A stretch of 63,921 nucleotides of DNA, counting the filler. It is 5 parts of 5 records of this genome, joined end to end, with 100 filler letters (N's around TTAATTAATTAA, not from the genome) between each part and the next. Parts side by side here need not be neighbours in the genome. Positions count along the whole stretch, not along the records: positions 1 to 18,104 come from DRR723986_4843; 4 more parts are not named here. The stretch is one strand, 5' to 3'. How positions within the stretch are numbered: the stretch's first letter is position 1; the number at the start of each line of letters is the position of its first letter. The position numbers and the translations under genes were made by a program. This document shows, piece by piece, positions 1-9,371 of this stretch. Below the pieces are notes generated by a model. It was given only the letters and a program-made list of their open reading frames with translations. It was not told where the DNA came from and searched no databases.

Positions 1-54
1 TTCGGCTCAGGCTTTTATAGCCGTTTTGTTTGGCTTTGAGGCTGGAGCCAAAAG

Positions 55-89
55 ACACCAGCTGTTAGCCAGAGGCTCACAGCTGGTGT
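55..89. repeat. Inverted repeat / hairpin in non-coding DNA
   Basis: ACACCAGCTGT-T-AGCC-AGA-GGCT-C-ACAGCTGGTGT: 15 paired positions with one mismatch; followed by CTTTT on the minus strand. Confidence 0.6.
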
Positions 90-375
90 GGAAAACTTTT
101 TGGCTCGAATCTCAGGCGTTAAATCATAAAATCTGCCCGTTGGGAGCCATTCCGAGTGACTTGAGACAAAATGCCTTGGAACCCAAGCCAGAATTACTCC
201 ATGCAATTCAGTCCCGGGTTTCATAGTCTGCGAGTCGAAATTTGGCGGACCCGGTCAATAGCGACATTTAAGATTTCACACGCGCTCAATGCTTTTTTTA
301 GCCTAAAAATCTCAAGAGCGCCGGCATGCGTTCGACTCAGGTATTGCTGATTCTTGGACCTGGCACTGATCCACC

Positions 376-534
376 AGCCTCAAGCCTCCGAGACTTTAAG
401 TTGTCTCGCCGCTGAGCACTTGAGACCCAAGAGCTAAAAGACTTAACATCTCAACGAATGAACTCTCAAGACCCAAGAACAAAAAGACTTAACATCTCAG
501 AGACTGAGTTCTTGAGACCCGGCGACTAACAAGA
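376..534. repeat. Degenerate ~46-bp tandem repeat built from 7-8-bp subunits
   Basis: AGACCCAAGAGCTAAAAGACTTAACATCTCA (423-453) and AGACCCAAGAACAAAAAGACTTAACATCTCA (469-499) match at 29/31; degenerate units start at 376 and 515. Confidence 0.8.
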
Positions 535-679
535 GCATAAAACAAGCCGGAAGTCACTGACGGCGAAGTGCTCATGCCAAATACAGAAACACCTCCGGCA
601 CAAGGCCCAGAATTGCAGCGCATTAACCCTGCCAGCGATTAAACAAACACAACAAGCCGAACAACAATTGGCAGGGATT

Positions 680-724
680 TAAAAGTGCGGAAGCTACTCA
701 TAATAAATTACGAGCAGCTTCCGC
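680..724 (-). terminator. Intrinsic terminator downstream of the T9SS protein gene
   Basis: Minus strand GCGGAAGCTGCTCGTAAT-TT-ATTATGAGTAGCTTCCGC followed by ACTTTTA; the stem mismatches are G-U pairs on this strand. Confidence 0.75.
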
Positions 725-864
725 CGAGACGCAGTTGGATACCACACCTTTTGAAACTTCACTTCCTGTGACCACCACGAGAGGCGCTACTCCGCCCCGC
801 AGGCTCTTGCGGGACCAGTAGCACGGGGGGCATCAGGGTACTTGAAGCATATTTTTAAGCACAC

Positions 865-3237
865 TTACTGCAAAAGAAGCGGCAAGCGCAGAACAACATC
901 GTGAGCACGCACCTGTAAAACGTACATGCCACGCACCAAAGCCGAGACGTCAAAAGACAGAGCGTGCACACCACTATTCAGATTCTGTGATGCAAACGGC
1001 TGCGCCTGACGTCCGTTAAGATCCAGCAACTGCAGGCGCACATTTGCAGCGCTCCTGAGCATTACGTTTAAGTCCAACGCGCGATTAACAACATTACCGC
1101 CCTGCGCCAATGCAACGCTGAAGCCGTCCTGTTCTACAGTCGTTTCGTGCACCGAAGTGCTCGCCTGCATACCCTCACCGCGCAGCGGCAAATCGAGTTC
1201 AGGGCTGTTTGCGGCGTTGCTGTTAATCCGCAGTGTAGAGACGACCTCGCCAAGCGCAGCCGGCGTAAACTCAACTTCTACACGCAGAACCTGGCCCTGC
1301 TCCAGATTCATTGGGAACACAGAAAGCTCCGGAGCCAGGATCTCAAAGCCGAGAGCCTGCGCGTCTGAGTTAACAAACTCAATAGAGTTAATCCGCAGCG
1401 GTGCGGAGCCCTGCGACTCAATGTTAAAGGACAGCGTTTTACTCTCACCTTCAACAACTTCATCAAAGTCCAGCTCAGTGATGTTAAGTTCGACTCTGGA
1501 TTCGCCGCCGGCTTCCACGCCATTGCCAGTCAGGTCGATAATCTCAAATGAACTGGACTCGTCATTGCTTTCAACAGTAATATCACTCAGAACTTCGCCC
1601 AGAGCAGCAGGCGTAAATTCAACTTCGATGTCCAGCGTCTCACCTTTGGCAAGGGAGATTGGCAAACTGTTAACATCCGGCGCAATGATGCGGAATCCTT
1701 TGTCCGCAGCTTCGGGGTCGAAGTGTGAAAGTGCAATTATCTCGAGGTTTTCATCCCCAAGCGATTCGATTGTTAAGGTCTGCATGGCGGGTTCGCCCAC
1801 AGCAACTTCACCGTATTCCAGAATCGTTGTGCTCAACCCCATTGTGGCGGGCAGCACCAGATCCTCCAGCGTAATTTTCCCGACAAAACAACTCAGGAGC
1901 GGGCCGGTATACCCGAATGTGAAGTCGCCAAAACGCAGCGGATTGGAAAAGTAATTGCCAACCAGAAAGACGTCACCCGTGGGGCCAACGCCCATCGCTA
2001 CAAAGTTATCAGCAACACTTCCACCGGCAGTCATTGTCCACTCGGGTGTGCCGTCGGCATCAAACAGTCCGGTAAAAATGTCGGATTCGCCGGCGCTATT
2101 GAGCGTTGTTGTGCCAACTGTCATCTGGCCTGAGAACGAGGACGTCAACCAGAAACTGCCATCGGGACCGGCTTCAACAGCCATGCTCTGCCCAAATCCG
2201 GCAATGCCTTCGACGCCTGTGCCACCAAATGCAAGGGCTGAGTTCAGGCTGCCGTCGCCCGCGAACTGCGCAACGAAGACGTCGGCTTCGCCGCTGTTTT
2301 GCAGAGTCGCTGCGCCTGCTACGCTGCAGTTGCTGCCACGGAAGGATCCGGCGATAACCAGACTGCCGTCCGCACGCGCATCGATACTTTCGGCGAGGTC
2401 TACATCACCGGAGCCAATTGCGTGTGCCCATTCAACATTACCGGAAGCACTGACTTTGGCGATGAACGCATCAACTCCCCCGTTGGAACTCAGTGAGCGA
2501 CCGAAGATATTGGCGCTACCTTCAAAGCTGCCGACCACGTAAGCAGCTCCATCGGCGTCCGTGGCGACGTCATACGCCCAATCTTCGCCGTTGCCGCCGC
2601 CACTTAGTGCCCAGAGCACATCACCATTGGCATTGTACTTGACAATAAAGGCCTCGTTATTGTCACCGTTGCCGTTCAGATTGCGGCTGCCGAAGCTGGC
2701 TGAACCGACGTACTGCCCAACAATCAGGACGTTTCCCTGCGCATCTACAGCGGTTCCATTGGCCCAGTCCAGGCCGACTCCGCCGCCGGCGCGCGCCCAC
2801 TGGACCTCGCCGTCGCTATCGTATTTGACAATCAAAGCATCATTGGAGCCGACCGCATTCAAGGTTTGACTGCCAAGCTGCGAGGTGCCTTCGATTCGAC
2901 CGGCGCAGTAGACATTGCCGGCTGGGTCGCTTGCAATTGCACGTCCGCCTTCCCAGCCTTCGCTGCGGGACTGGCGGCCCCAGATTGCTTCACCGTCCGG
3001 GCCGTATTTGATAATGAACATATCGCCGAGGCCGTTGCCCTGCAGGGTTGTTCCACCCAGCTGAATGGCACCGCCAAAGTAGCCGGTGACGTAGTTGTTG
3101 CCGTTGGCATCGGTATGTGCTCCATTGAGAACCTGACCGCCGCCGGACAGAACTCGCTTGGCCCATTCGATATTTTGCGCCGAGGCATTGATTGTGGCAA
3201 CGCACAGGAGCGCTGCACATAGTAAAACTTGCTTCAT
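865..3237 (-). CDS. Secreted T9SS-type protein: SBBP-like beta-propeller repeats, two Ig-like (ASH/choice-of-anchor D-like) domains, C-terminal sorting domain
   Basis: Signal peptide; repeated D..GN.YV.G.F / D.FI.KY..DG...W units; two LEYGEVAVGE/LDFDEVVEGE...VEFTP Ig repeats; C-terminus LLDLNGR...GMYVLQV. Confidence 0.85.
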   Translation of the reverse strand: MKQVLLCAALLCVATINASAQNIEWAKRVLSGGGQVLNGAHTDANGNNYVTGYFGGAIQLGGTTLQGNGLGDMFIIKYGPDGEAIWGRQSRSEGWEGGRAIASDPAGNVYCAGRIEGTSQLGSQTLNAVGSNDALIVKYDSDGEVQWARAGGGVGLDWANGTAVDAQGNVLIVGQYVGSASFGSRNLNGNGDNNEAFIVKYNANGDVLWALSGGGNGEDWAYDVATDADGAAYVVGSFEGSANIFGRSLSSNGGVDAFIAKVSASGNVEWAHAIGSGDVDLAESIDARADGSLVIAGSFRGSNCSVAGAATLQNSGEADVFVAQFAGDGSLNSALAFGGTGVEGIAGFGQSMAVEAGPDGSFWLTSSFSGQMTVGTTTLNSAGESDIFTGLFDADGTPEWTMTAGGSVADNFVAMGVGPTGDVFLVGNYFSNPLRFGDFTFGYTGPLLSCFVGKITLEDLVLPATMGLSTTILEYGEVAVGEPAMQTLTIESLGDENLEIIALSHFDPEAADKGFRIIAPDVNSLPISLAKGETLDIEVEFTPAALGEVLSDITVESNDESSSFEIIDLTGNGVEAGGESRVELNITELDFDEVVEGESKTLSFNIESQGSAPLRINSIEFVNSDAQALGFEILAPELSVFPMNLEQGQVLRVEVEFTPAALGEVVSTLRINSNAANSPELDLPLRGEGMQASTSVHETTVEQDGFSVALAQGGNVVNRALDLNVMLRSAANVRLQLLDLNGRQAQPFASQNLNSGVHALSFDVSALVRGMYVLQVRAHDVVLRLPLLLQ

Positions 3238-3571
3238 GACTGCACTGTCTCCAAAACTTGACTAATACAAAAGATCAGATTGGCGCTTCCGGCATTGCGT
3301 CCCGGGCTTGCCCTTGTCTGCAGTTCCGTGTGGTTCCGGCAGAAAAGGCATGAGCGGCGGTATCCAGATGCATGTTCATGTTCCGGCCCCGGCGTGTGTA
3401 AACATCACGTTTGCGCGGAGGCGCCTTCTACGATGTGCAATGAGGGACAATTTGAAACTGTGTCACAGGCTAAAAAGGAAACAATTGCGAAGTCGTAAGA
3501 AACCCAAAACTCAACTTTTCCAGAATCTGCACTATATTAGGGCATTAATAGTATGAAATGGTAAGAATCCT

Positions 3572-5356
3572 ATGCAAAAATCAGATAGATTACACGAGCT
3601 GATACACTCGATGTCAAAGGCCGAAAAACGCGCCTTTAAGCTGCGCTCTCAACGTAACACAGAGCGTAACACAGAGCGTAACACAGAGCGTAACGCAGAG
3701 CCTGAGGCAAGTTCCCATCAGACAGCCGGTACGAGTGCGCATTCACTCAAATACAAGGTTGAAAGGAACCGCTACCTTGAGCTGTTTGATGCACTGGCGG
3801 CAATGCCTGTTTACGACGAAGCGCTGCTGCGCAAACAACTGCGCGACCCCGGTACGCTCAAAAATCTACGCCAGAGCAAACACTACCTGAAGTCGGCAAT
3901 TCTGCGCTGCCTCAGTGATCTGCACGCGTACAGCGATGACCTTAAAATGGCGGATACTCTCCTCGGCACGGCTTCGATGCTGCACGAACGCCAGATGCAT
4001 GATCACGAATATGAAATTCTACTGAAAGCCGAAAAGAAGGCACGCACAAACGGCAATGCAATGACCGCACTGCGTAGTCTAATGCTGCAAATGACGGTAC
4101 TGCCGATTATTGAGAGTGACGGCGAGGTCTTACGCACTTCACTGGATGTTAACTATACGCGGATGAAAGCCGACCTGGATCACATTCACACGATGGTTGA
4201 CTACCGCTGGGTGCAGGCGGCAATGGTTATCCTGATGGATACAATTGGCACACCACGCACGGACGCGGAGTTGGAAGAATTTCACAAAGTCGCGCGGCAC
4301 CCGGTGATGATTAAAGCGACACATCTTGACAATCCGCAGTGTGCAATTTTGTTTTATGACAGCGGCTACAACTACCACATGGTCATGCACAATTTCCCCG
4401 CAGCCGAATATTGCGCCAGGAAGATGATGCAAGCCGTCAGTAAAAACGAAGCATACGCAATGTTAAAGTCGCGCTCGCTGCTGCGTTTGGCGCAGATCTA
4501 CTCGAACATGCTCGACCACCACAAATTCAGCGAAGTATGGGAAGAAGCGATGTTGCCCAAGCGCAACGAGCCGCCCAAGCATATGCTGGCTGAGACGGTC
4601 CACTTTTTTAACATTTTTCACATCAAGATGTTAACACATAGCGGACGTTTTAGCGAGGCATATGAGCTGTACAGACGCTCTATCAGTCGTTTTACGGTGG
4701 ACGAACCGACTTTGGGACCGCCGGAGAAGTCGATCTCTATATTCCACTATTTCTACGCCTGTTTTGGCGCCGGCAAATACAACGAAGCGTTTGACTGGCT
4801 GCAACGCATTACGACAAACCCCGAACTTAACACGCGTAGCGACGTTGCCACGTTTGCGCATATCGCCAAGTTAATCACTTTTTATGAGCTGGGTGATTTA
4901 TCGGCAATGGAATATATACTGCGCTCAACTTACCGCTACCTGCGCAACAATAAGGCGATATTTGTGGTAGAATCGCTCGTACTGGACTTTATTAACAACC
5001 TGGGTTCTATACGTGGGCCAGAGGACCTGCAGGAACAGTTTTTAGTGGCACGCGGCAAACTGCTGGCGGCAAAGGACAACCCCGTGGAACAACGCATTCT
5101 GGACCTTTTCCACCTTGACGAGTGGCTCAGATCCAAGATTGAACGCCGACCATTTGCCGAGGTAATAGCGGAGACGGCAGCACACAAACGCCAACAGATG
5201 CAGAGAGAATACACCGAAAATGAGGCCCTTATTCGGCGCGCCGACGGCAGCGTCAGACTATTCGACCATTTGCATGTCAACCCCGGACAGTTTAAACATC
5301 TGGAACACTTAAACAAGGCGCGTGGATCGGCGATTAATCACTCAGAACTTGTTTAA
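3572..5356 (+). CDS. Uncharacterised all-helical (TPR-like) protein, possible regulator
   Basis: 594-aa ORF; N-terminus LHELIHSMSKAEKRAFK and YLELFDAL..M..YDE..L; TPR-like C-terminal half; no signal peptide. Confidence 0.75.
   Translation: MQKSDRLHELIHSMSKAEKRAFKLRSQRNTERNTERNTERNAEPEASSHQTAGTSAHSLKYKVERNRYLELFDALAAMPVYDEALLRKQLRDPGTLKNLRQSKHYLKSAILRCLSDLHAYSDDLKMADTLLGTASMLHERQMHDHEYEILLKAEKKARTNGNAMTALRSLMLQMTVLPIIESDGEVLRTSLDVNYTRMKADLDHIHTMVDYRWVQAAMVILMDTIGTPRTDAELEEFHKVARHPVMIKATHLDNPQCAILFYDSGYNYHMVMHNFPAAEYCARKMMQAVSKNEAYAMLKSRSLLRLAQIYSNMLDHHKFSEVWEEAMLPKRNEPPKHMLAETVHFFNIFHIKMLTHSGRFSEAYELYRRSISRFTVDEPTLGPPEKSISIFHYFYACFGAGKYNEAFDWLQRITTNPELNTRSDVATFAHIAKLITFYELGDLSAMEYILRSTYRYLRNNKAIFVVESLVLDFINNLGSIRGPEDLQEQFLVARGKLLAAKDNPVEQRILDLFHLDEWLRSKIERRPFAEVIAETAAHKRQQMQREYTENEALIRRADGSVRLFDHLHVNPGQFKHLEHLNKARGSAINHSELV
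3653..3700 (+). repeat. In-frame 12-bp VNTR, 4 copies
   Basis: CGTAACACAGAG x3 + CGTAACGCAGAG, encoding RNTE-RNTE-RNTE-RNAE. Confidence 0.95.
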
Positions 5357-5367
5357 GGCAAACCCAG

Positions 5368-5416
5368 AGCGCCGCGCCTCCTCGTTGGCACTCAGCGGCT
5401 AGCTTTTTTCTTTTTT
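5368..5416 (+). terminator. Probable intrinsic terminator
   Basis: AGC-GCCGC...GCGGC-TA-GCT imperfect stem followed by TTTTTTCTTTTTT just after the stop at 5356. Confidence 0.5.
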
Positions 5417-6014
5417 GTTAATCGATGAGTTTGCAGTCTGCATTATTTGAGCCTTGGAGACTGGCTTGACATTTGACGGCTGAGGTGTTTGACAACTGGC
5501 CAGGCGACTTCGGGCTGAGGGCGCAGCGACTAACAAGACAATCAAAAAGCCTGAGGACGGAGCACAGCGACGAACTCAAAGCGGTCATGGGTGTTGTTAA
5601 ATGTGAAGCGCAAAAGTGTGATTGAGAGTGGCGGAGACTAAAGTATTTGAGTCTGGAGCACGTGATCAAAGCCCCGTAGGGGCCCCACCCCGCCTCCAAC
5701 CTTCCAAAAAACTTAAAATCCGGATGCTCAAGACGGACCTCTCCTAGTCCGATATTTAATCCGATTTTTTTTTGGCGAGCCTACCCTGATCGCAGGTAAA
5801 CTCCTTAGCCCTTATACTCTGGGCCGGTACGGCGTGGTCAAACCTTCCGGTGGGTTCGACGCAGACAATATGCAATACCACACGCAGCCCAGCAACCACA
5901 AACTGGTCAACGGCAAGGATACGATGTTAAACGGTCAGTAGAACGCAGGTAAACGGCCGGTAGTCGCCAGTAGAAACGAGGGTTGGCAACACAACATCGC
6001 TTTAATGGGCTATG

Positions 6015-6043
6015 CAATTGCGATCCAATTGCGATCCAATTGC
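6015..6043. repeat. 11-bp tandem repeat, about 2.6 copies
   Basis: CAATTGCGATC CAATTGCGATC CAATTGC. Confidence 0.85.
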
Positions 6044-6073
6044 ACAGAGGGGCAGCGCCACAAAGGGGAGCTT

Positions 6074-6730
6074 CTAGCGCAAATCGATTGTACGTGTTGA
6101 CTCGTTGGGCGTAAAACTAAAAAGTGAGGGATCGAGCGATTCGAGTTTGCGGATGGAAGTGATGCGCCAATGAAACTGTGTGATACCGTCCGTTGCATTA
6201 ACTTCAAAGGGCTGCAGCGAGTTTTCGTCGAGGTGTAAAACAACTTTTTGCAGCGAAGCTGCGGTCTCGTCAGAGCTTTGGGCCTGCCATGTTAAGACCA
6301 ACATACGTGTGCCGTCGGAGGAGGCGCTGCGGCTTAATTCCATGTCCCCTTTTTGTTCAAACAGCCGAAACATTCCGGCGGGTGTAAGGACTCCACGGCC
6401 ACTTTTGAATTTGTTAATAACGACTTTGTTGCCGGTTGAGTCGTAATTCCAGACGGTCTGGCCATCGCAGATTACTACACGGGCGCCGAGGTCCAGACGA
6501 AATTTTTCGCCGTCACCCATGATTAACTCACCGGAGAGCGCGGACATTGCGGCGTCCTGAAACTGGAGAGCCACCTTGCCACCGTCTACGTAGTCCTTGC
6601 GGAATTTGGCATAGACCTCATCGGCTTCAGCGGCGTACAAACTGATTGAAGCAACGCAGACCAGTAGCGTAAAAAGAAGGGTGTGTAAAACACGGGAAAT
6701 TAGCGCGCGAGTGTGGTTTAGGTTGAGCAT
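6074..6730 (-). CDS. lolA: Outer-membrane lipoprotein carrier LolA family protein
   Basis: Signal peptide; KFRLDL...VICDGQTVWNYDS..NKVVI motif; C-terminal LDPSLFSFTP...IDLR. Confidence 0.75.
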   Translation of the reverse strand: MLNLNHTRALISRVLHTLLFTLLVCVASISLYAAEADEVYAKFRKDYVDGGKVALQFQDAAMSALSGELIMGDGEKFRLDLGARVVICDGQTVWNYDSTGNKVVINKFKSGRGVLTPAGMFRLFEQKGDMELSRSASSDGTRMLVLTWQAQSSDETAASLQKVVLHLDENSLQPFEVNATDGITQFHWRITSIRKLESLDPSLFSFTPNESTRTIDLR

Positions 6731-6835
6731 TTGTACGAGTATGTTTCGAGTGCATTAAGAATATTAGACCGGCCGGGGGAGATAGTTCTAAGAACGCAAA
6801 AGAGGTAAAAACCTTGTGCCGGATGTGCGCCGTTG

Positions 6836-6880
6836 TTTAAAACAACAACAGCCGAACAATTTGCATGCACGGCTGTTGTT
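6836..6880 (-). terminator. Probable intrinsic terminator after the OmpA-domain gene
   Basis: AACAACAGCCG (6844-6854) / CGGCTGTTGTT (6870-6880) stem, then GTTTT on the minus strand. Confidence 0.5.
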
Positions 6881-6931
6881 AATTGTCAGGTTCACATTGG
6901 CCAAGGCATTTTAGCCTGGACAACAGATCGA

Positions 6932-7651
6932 TCAGGTTGCAGCAACTACGATGTAGGTTTTGCCGATGTAGCGTTTGCCTTTGGCGCGCTTACGGACGGG
7001 CTGCGGGTTGAGCGGGTCTGTTTTGTCGTTGGCCATGACGCTGATACGATCGGCTTTGACGCCTTTTTTCGTGAGGTAGGACTTGATGGCTTCGCAGCGC
7101 TTCATAGTCAGTTCACGATTGGCGGCGGCACTTTTGCTTTCATCGGGGAAACAGCGGACTTCGATGTCCACGTTCGGGTTGATGAGCAGCAGGCCAACCA
7201 GATCGTCCAGCATTTCATCTGCACCTACTTTGAGCTTGGACTTTTTGAGATCAAAAGGCGAGACCGGCATTGGCAGGCGCGCGCCTTCGCGCAGAGGCTT
7301 GATCAGGAAGTCACGTGAGATTTCGGCATACCGGCCAGTATTAGGCGCTGTGAACGAAAACTCCGTCTGAAAGTAGTTGGGCTTCTCGATTCGGATTTTG
7401 TAGGTATGTCCCGGTTTCAGCGAGGTAACAAGGTAGTTGCCACCGCGATTGGAGACAGAAATGTTGGGGTTGCCGCCCTCGGCGTGCGTGAAGATAACTT
7501 CTGCGCCGTTGACAGGCTCGCGTGTTAGCTCGTCATAGACCAGCCCGGTCACTGAGACCACGGTATTTTGTTGTGCCGAAGCTTCGACCATTACCGCCGT
7601 CAACAGGAGGGCGAGAGCGAGCGTCAGGCTGGATAGCACTTTTCGTTGCAT
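6932..7651 (-). CDS. Carboxypeptidase-regulatory-like domain + OmpA-like peptidoglycan-binding domain protein
   Basis: Signal peptide; VTGLVYDELTREPVNGAEV; FDLKKSKL...ANRELTMKRCEAIKSYLTKKGVKADRI. Confidence 0.75.
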   Translation of the reverse strand: MQRKVLSSLTLALALLLTAVMVEASAQQNTVVSVTGLVYDELTREPVNGAEVIFTHAEGGNPNISVSNRGGNYLVTSLKPGHTYKIRIEKPNYFQTEFSFTAPNTGRYAEISRDFLIKPLREGARLPMPVSPFDLKKSKLKVGADEMLDDLVGLLLINPNVDIEVRCFPDESKSAAANRELTMKRCEAIKSYLTKKGVKADRISVMANDKTDPLNPQPVRKRAKGKRYIGKTYIVVAAT

Positions 7652-7697
7652 TCTCTTAATTCCCTGGAAAGTGTAAATAAAAGCGGAATGATCGGGC

Positions 7698-8690
7698 TTA
7701 GCGACCGCCGGTGCTGGCTTCTTCCGTCATCATACGGACGCTGCCGTCGGCGCACGCCATCACAATAATATTGGCATTGCTTACCAGGTCAACTGACCAG
7801 AGTTCAACTCCAACGTCTTTGGTCATCAGGTTTTCACCGGTTACGACGTCCCAAAGTTTGACGTTTTTGTCCAGGCTGCCACTGGCGAGCGTGCGGTTAT
7901 CGGCCGCAAAGGCCAGATCCTGCACAAGTTCTACGTGTGCGTTGATGCTGCGCTGCAGTTCACCGGAGGGCATGCTCCAGATTTTGATTACGCCATCCTG
8001 ATCGGCAGATGCGAGCAGGTTGGAATCAAAACTGTAGAGTACGGCCAGAACCGGGGCGCTGTGTCCGCGCAGCGTCATAAGAGCTTCTTTGTTATCGAAG
8101 TCTGTGGACCAGATGCGTACTGTGTGGTCGTCACTACCGCTGGCGATGTATTTGCCATCGTAGCTGTAGGCGACGCTGTTCACGCCAAGCAGGTGACCGC
8201 GCAGGGTCTTGACTTCTGACTCGAATTCGCGGTCCCAGAGTTTTACGGTGCCGTCAAAGCTGCCACTGGCAATAAATGCGCTTTCGGCGTCCTGGCTGAA
8301 ATATACGCCCATGACTTCGGCTGTGTGGCCGCGCATAGCGAACATTTGTGAACCATCTTTAACGTTCCAAACGCGAACGGTTCTGTCACTGCTTACGCTG
8401 GCAACCATTTCATCATTTCCGGAAAAGGAAATGTGGTTGACTGGCGCAAGGTGCCCGGAGAGAGTATGGACCAGGTTGCCGTCAGGCAATGACCAGATTT
8501 TGATGGTTTCGTCAAGGCTGCACGTTGCAAACTGCGTATCGCCGTCATTAACGAACACTCCCAGGACTTCGTCATCGTGCGTACCGACCGTCTCGATCTT
8601 GTAATTGCGCTGTTGTGCGAAGGTGGATACCGACGCGGCGACAATACAGAGAACGAGCAGGGTAGGCATTATCGCTCGCGATTTCCTCAT
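7698..8690 (-). CDS. Secreted WD40 repeat protein (start uncertain)
   Basis: About seven GH....V..V.FS......ASGS.D.TVK.WD repeats after a hydrophobic signal peptide. Confidence 0.85.
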   Translation of the reverse strand: MRKSRAIMPTLLVLCIVAASVSTFAQQRNYKIETVGTHDDEVLGVFVNDGDTQFATCSLDETIKIWSLPDGNLVHTLSGHLAPVNHISFSGNDEMVASVSSDRTVRVWNVKDGSQMFAMRGHTAEVMGVYFSQDAESAFIASGSFDGTVKLWDREFESEVKTLRGHLLGVNSVAYSYDGKYIASGSDDHTVRIWSTDFDNKEALMTLRGHSAPVLAVLYSFDSNLLASADQDGVIKIWSMPSGELQRSINAHVELVQDLAFAADNRTLASGSLDKNVKLWDVVTGENLMTKDVGVELWSVDLVSNANIIVMACADGSVRMMTEEASTGGR

Positions 8691-8832
8691 AGACATGCTC
8701 CACTGATGTGTAGTTGAATACCAGAATGAAGGTTGGGTCATTTGCCAAATCCGTGCCGCTGGAGCGGCGCAAACCCTAAAATTGCAACGATTTCAAGGAA
8801 TTACCAAACTAGAGAGCAGAAGTTGGTGGGGC

Positions 8833-9282
8833 TCATGCCAGCTCCGCCAAAACCTCAAGCAAATCAGCACGCACGGCCAGTAAATCGCCGCGGGTCAGCT
8901 CAATTCGGTCTTGGTGGGATGCATCAATTGCAGCGTGTGCAACAGTGGCATCAGGTTCTGCCGTGGCCGTATCGTCAGGCGGCCCGGCTTGCAGTTTTTC
9001 GTCTTCGAGTCCCACCAGCTCACCGCTGGCTGGGTCGAAGTGTTTTTTCATTATGTCCTTGGCACCGTCAATCGTATAGCGATTGTCGCGCAGTAGGCGT
9101 TTTATGGCCTTGATAACCGTGATATCTTTTTGTGTATAGATTCGATTGCCGGCTCTGTTCTTCTGTGGTTTGAGCTGGTCGAACTCAGTTTCCCAGTAGC
9201 GCAGAACGTAATGTTCTTCCTCTACGAGGCGGCTGACTTCGCTAATCGAGTAATACAGCTTTTTAATGTGTAGGTTTTTCAC
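8833..9282 (-). CDS. MerR-family HTH transcriptional regulator
   Basis: KLYYSISEVS...VLRYWETEFDQLKPQKNRAGNRIY...YTIDGAK. Confidence 0.9.
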   Translation of the reverse strand: MKNLHIKKLYYSISEVSRLVEEEHYVLRYWETEFDQLKPQKNRAGNRIYTQKDITVIKAIKRLLRDNRYTIDGAKDIMKKHFDPASGELVGLEDEKLQAGPPDDTATAEPDATVAHAAIDASHQDRIELTRGDLLAVRADLLEVLAELA

Positions 9283-9371
9283 GCCACGATTTTACGTATT
9301 TAACGGCGCTTCCACAAACGAAAAACACCAAAACGGTTTGGCACACGGCCGGCGCGATGTACTCAAAGAGC

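Noticed and set aside
376-534. Possible CRISPR array
   Set aside because: Only two good repeat copies, 15-nt spacers that resemble each other, and no cas genes; it is a tandem repeat
1157-2869. Plus-strand ORFs of 100-265 aa
   Set aside because: Ser/Pro-rich antisense shadows of the T9SS gene
5825-5870. tRNA-like GGTTCGA motif
   Set aside because: No pairing T-stem, acceptor stem or cloverleaf around it
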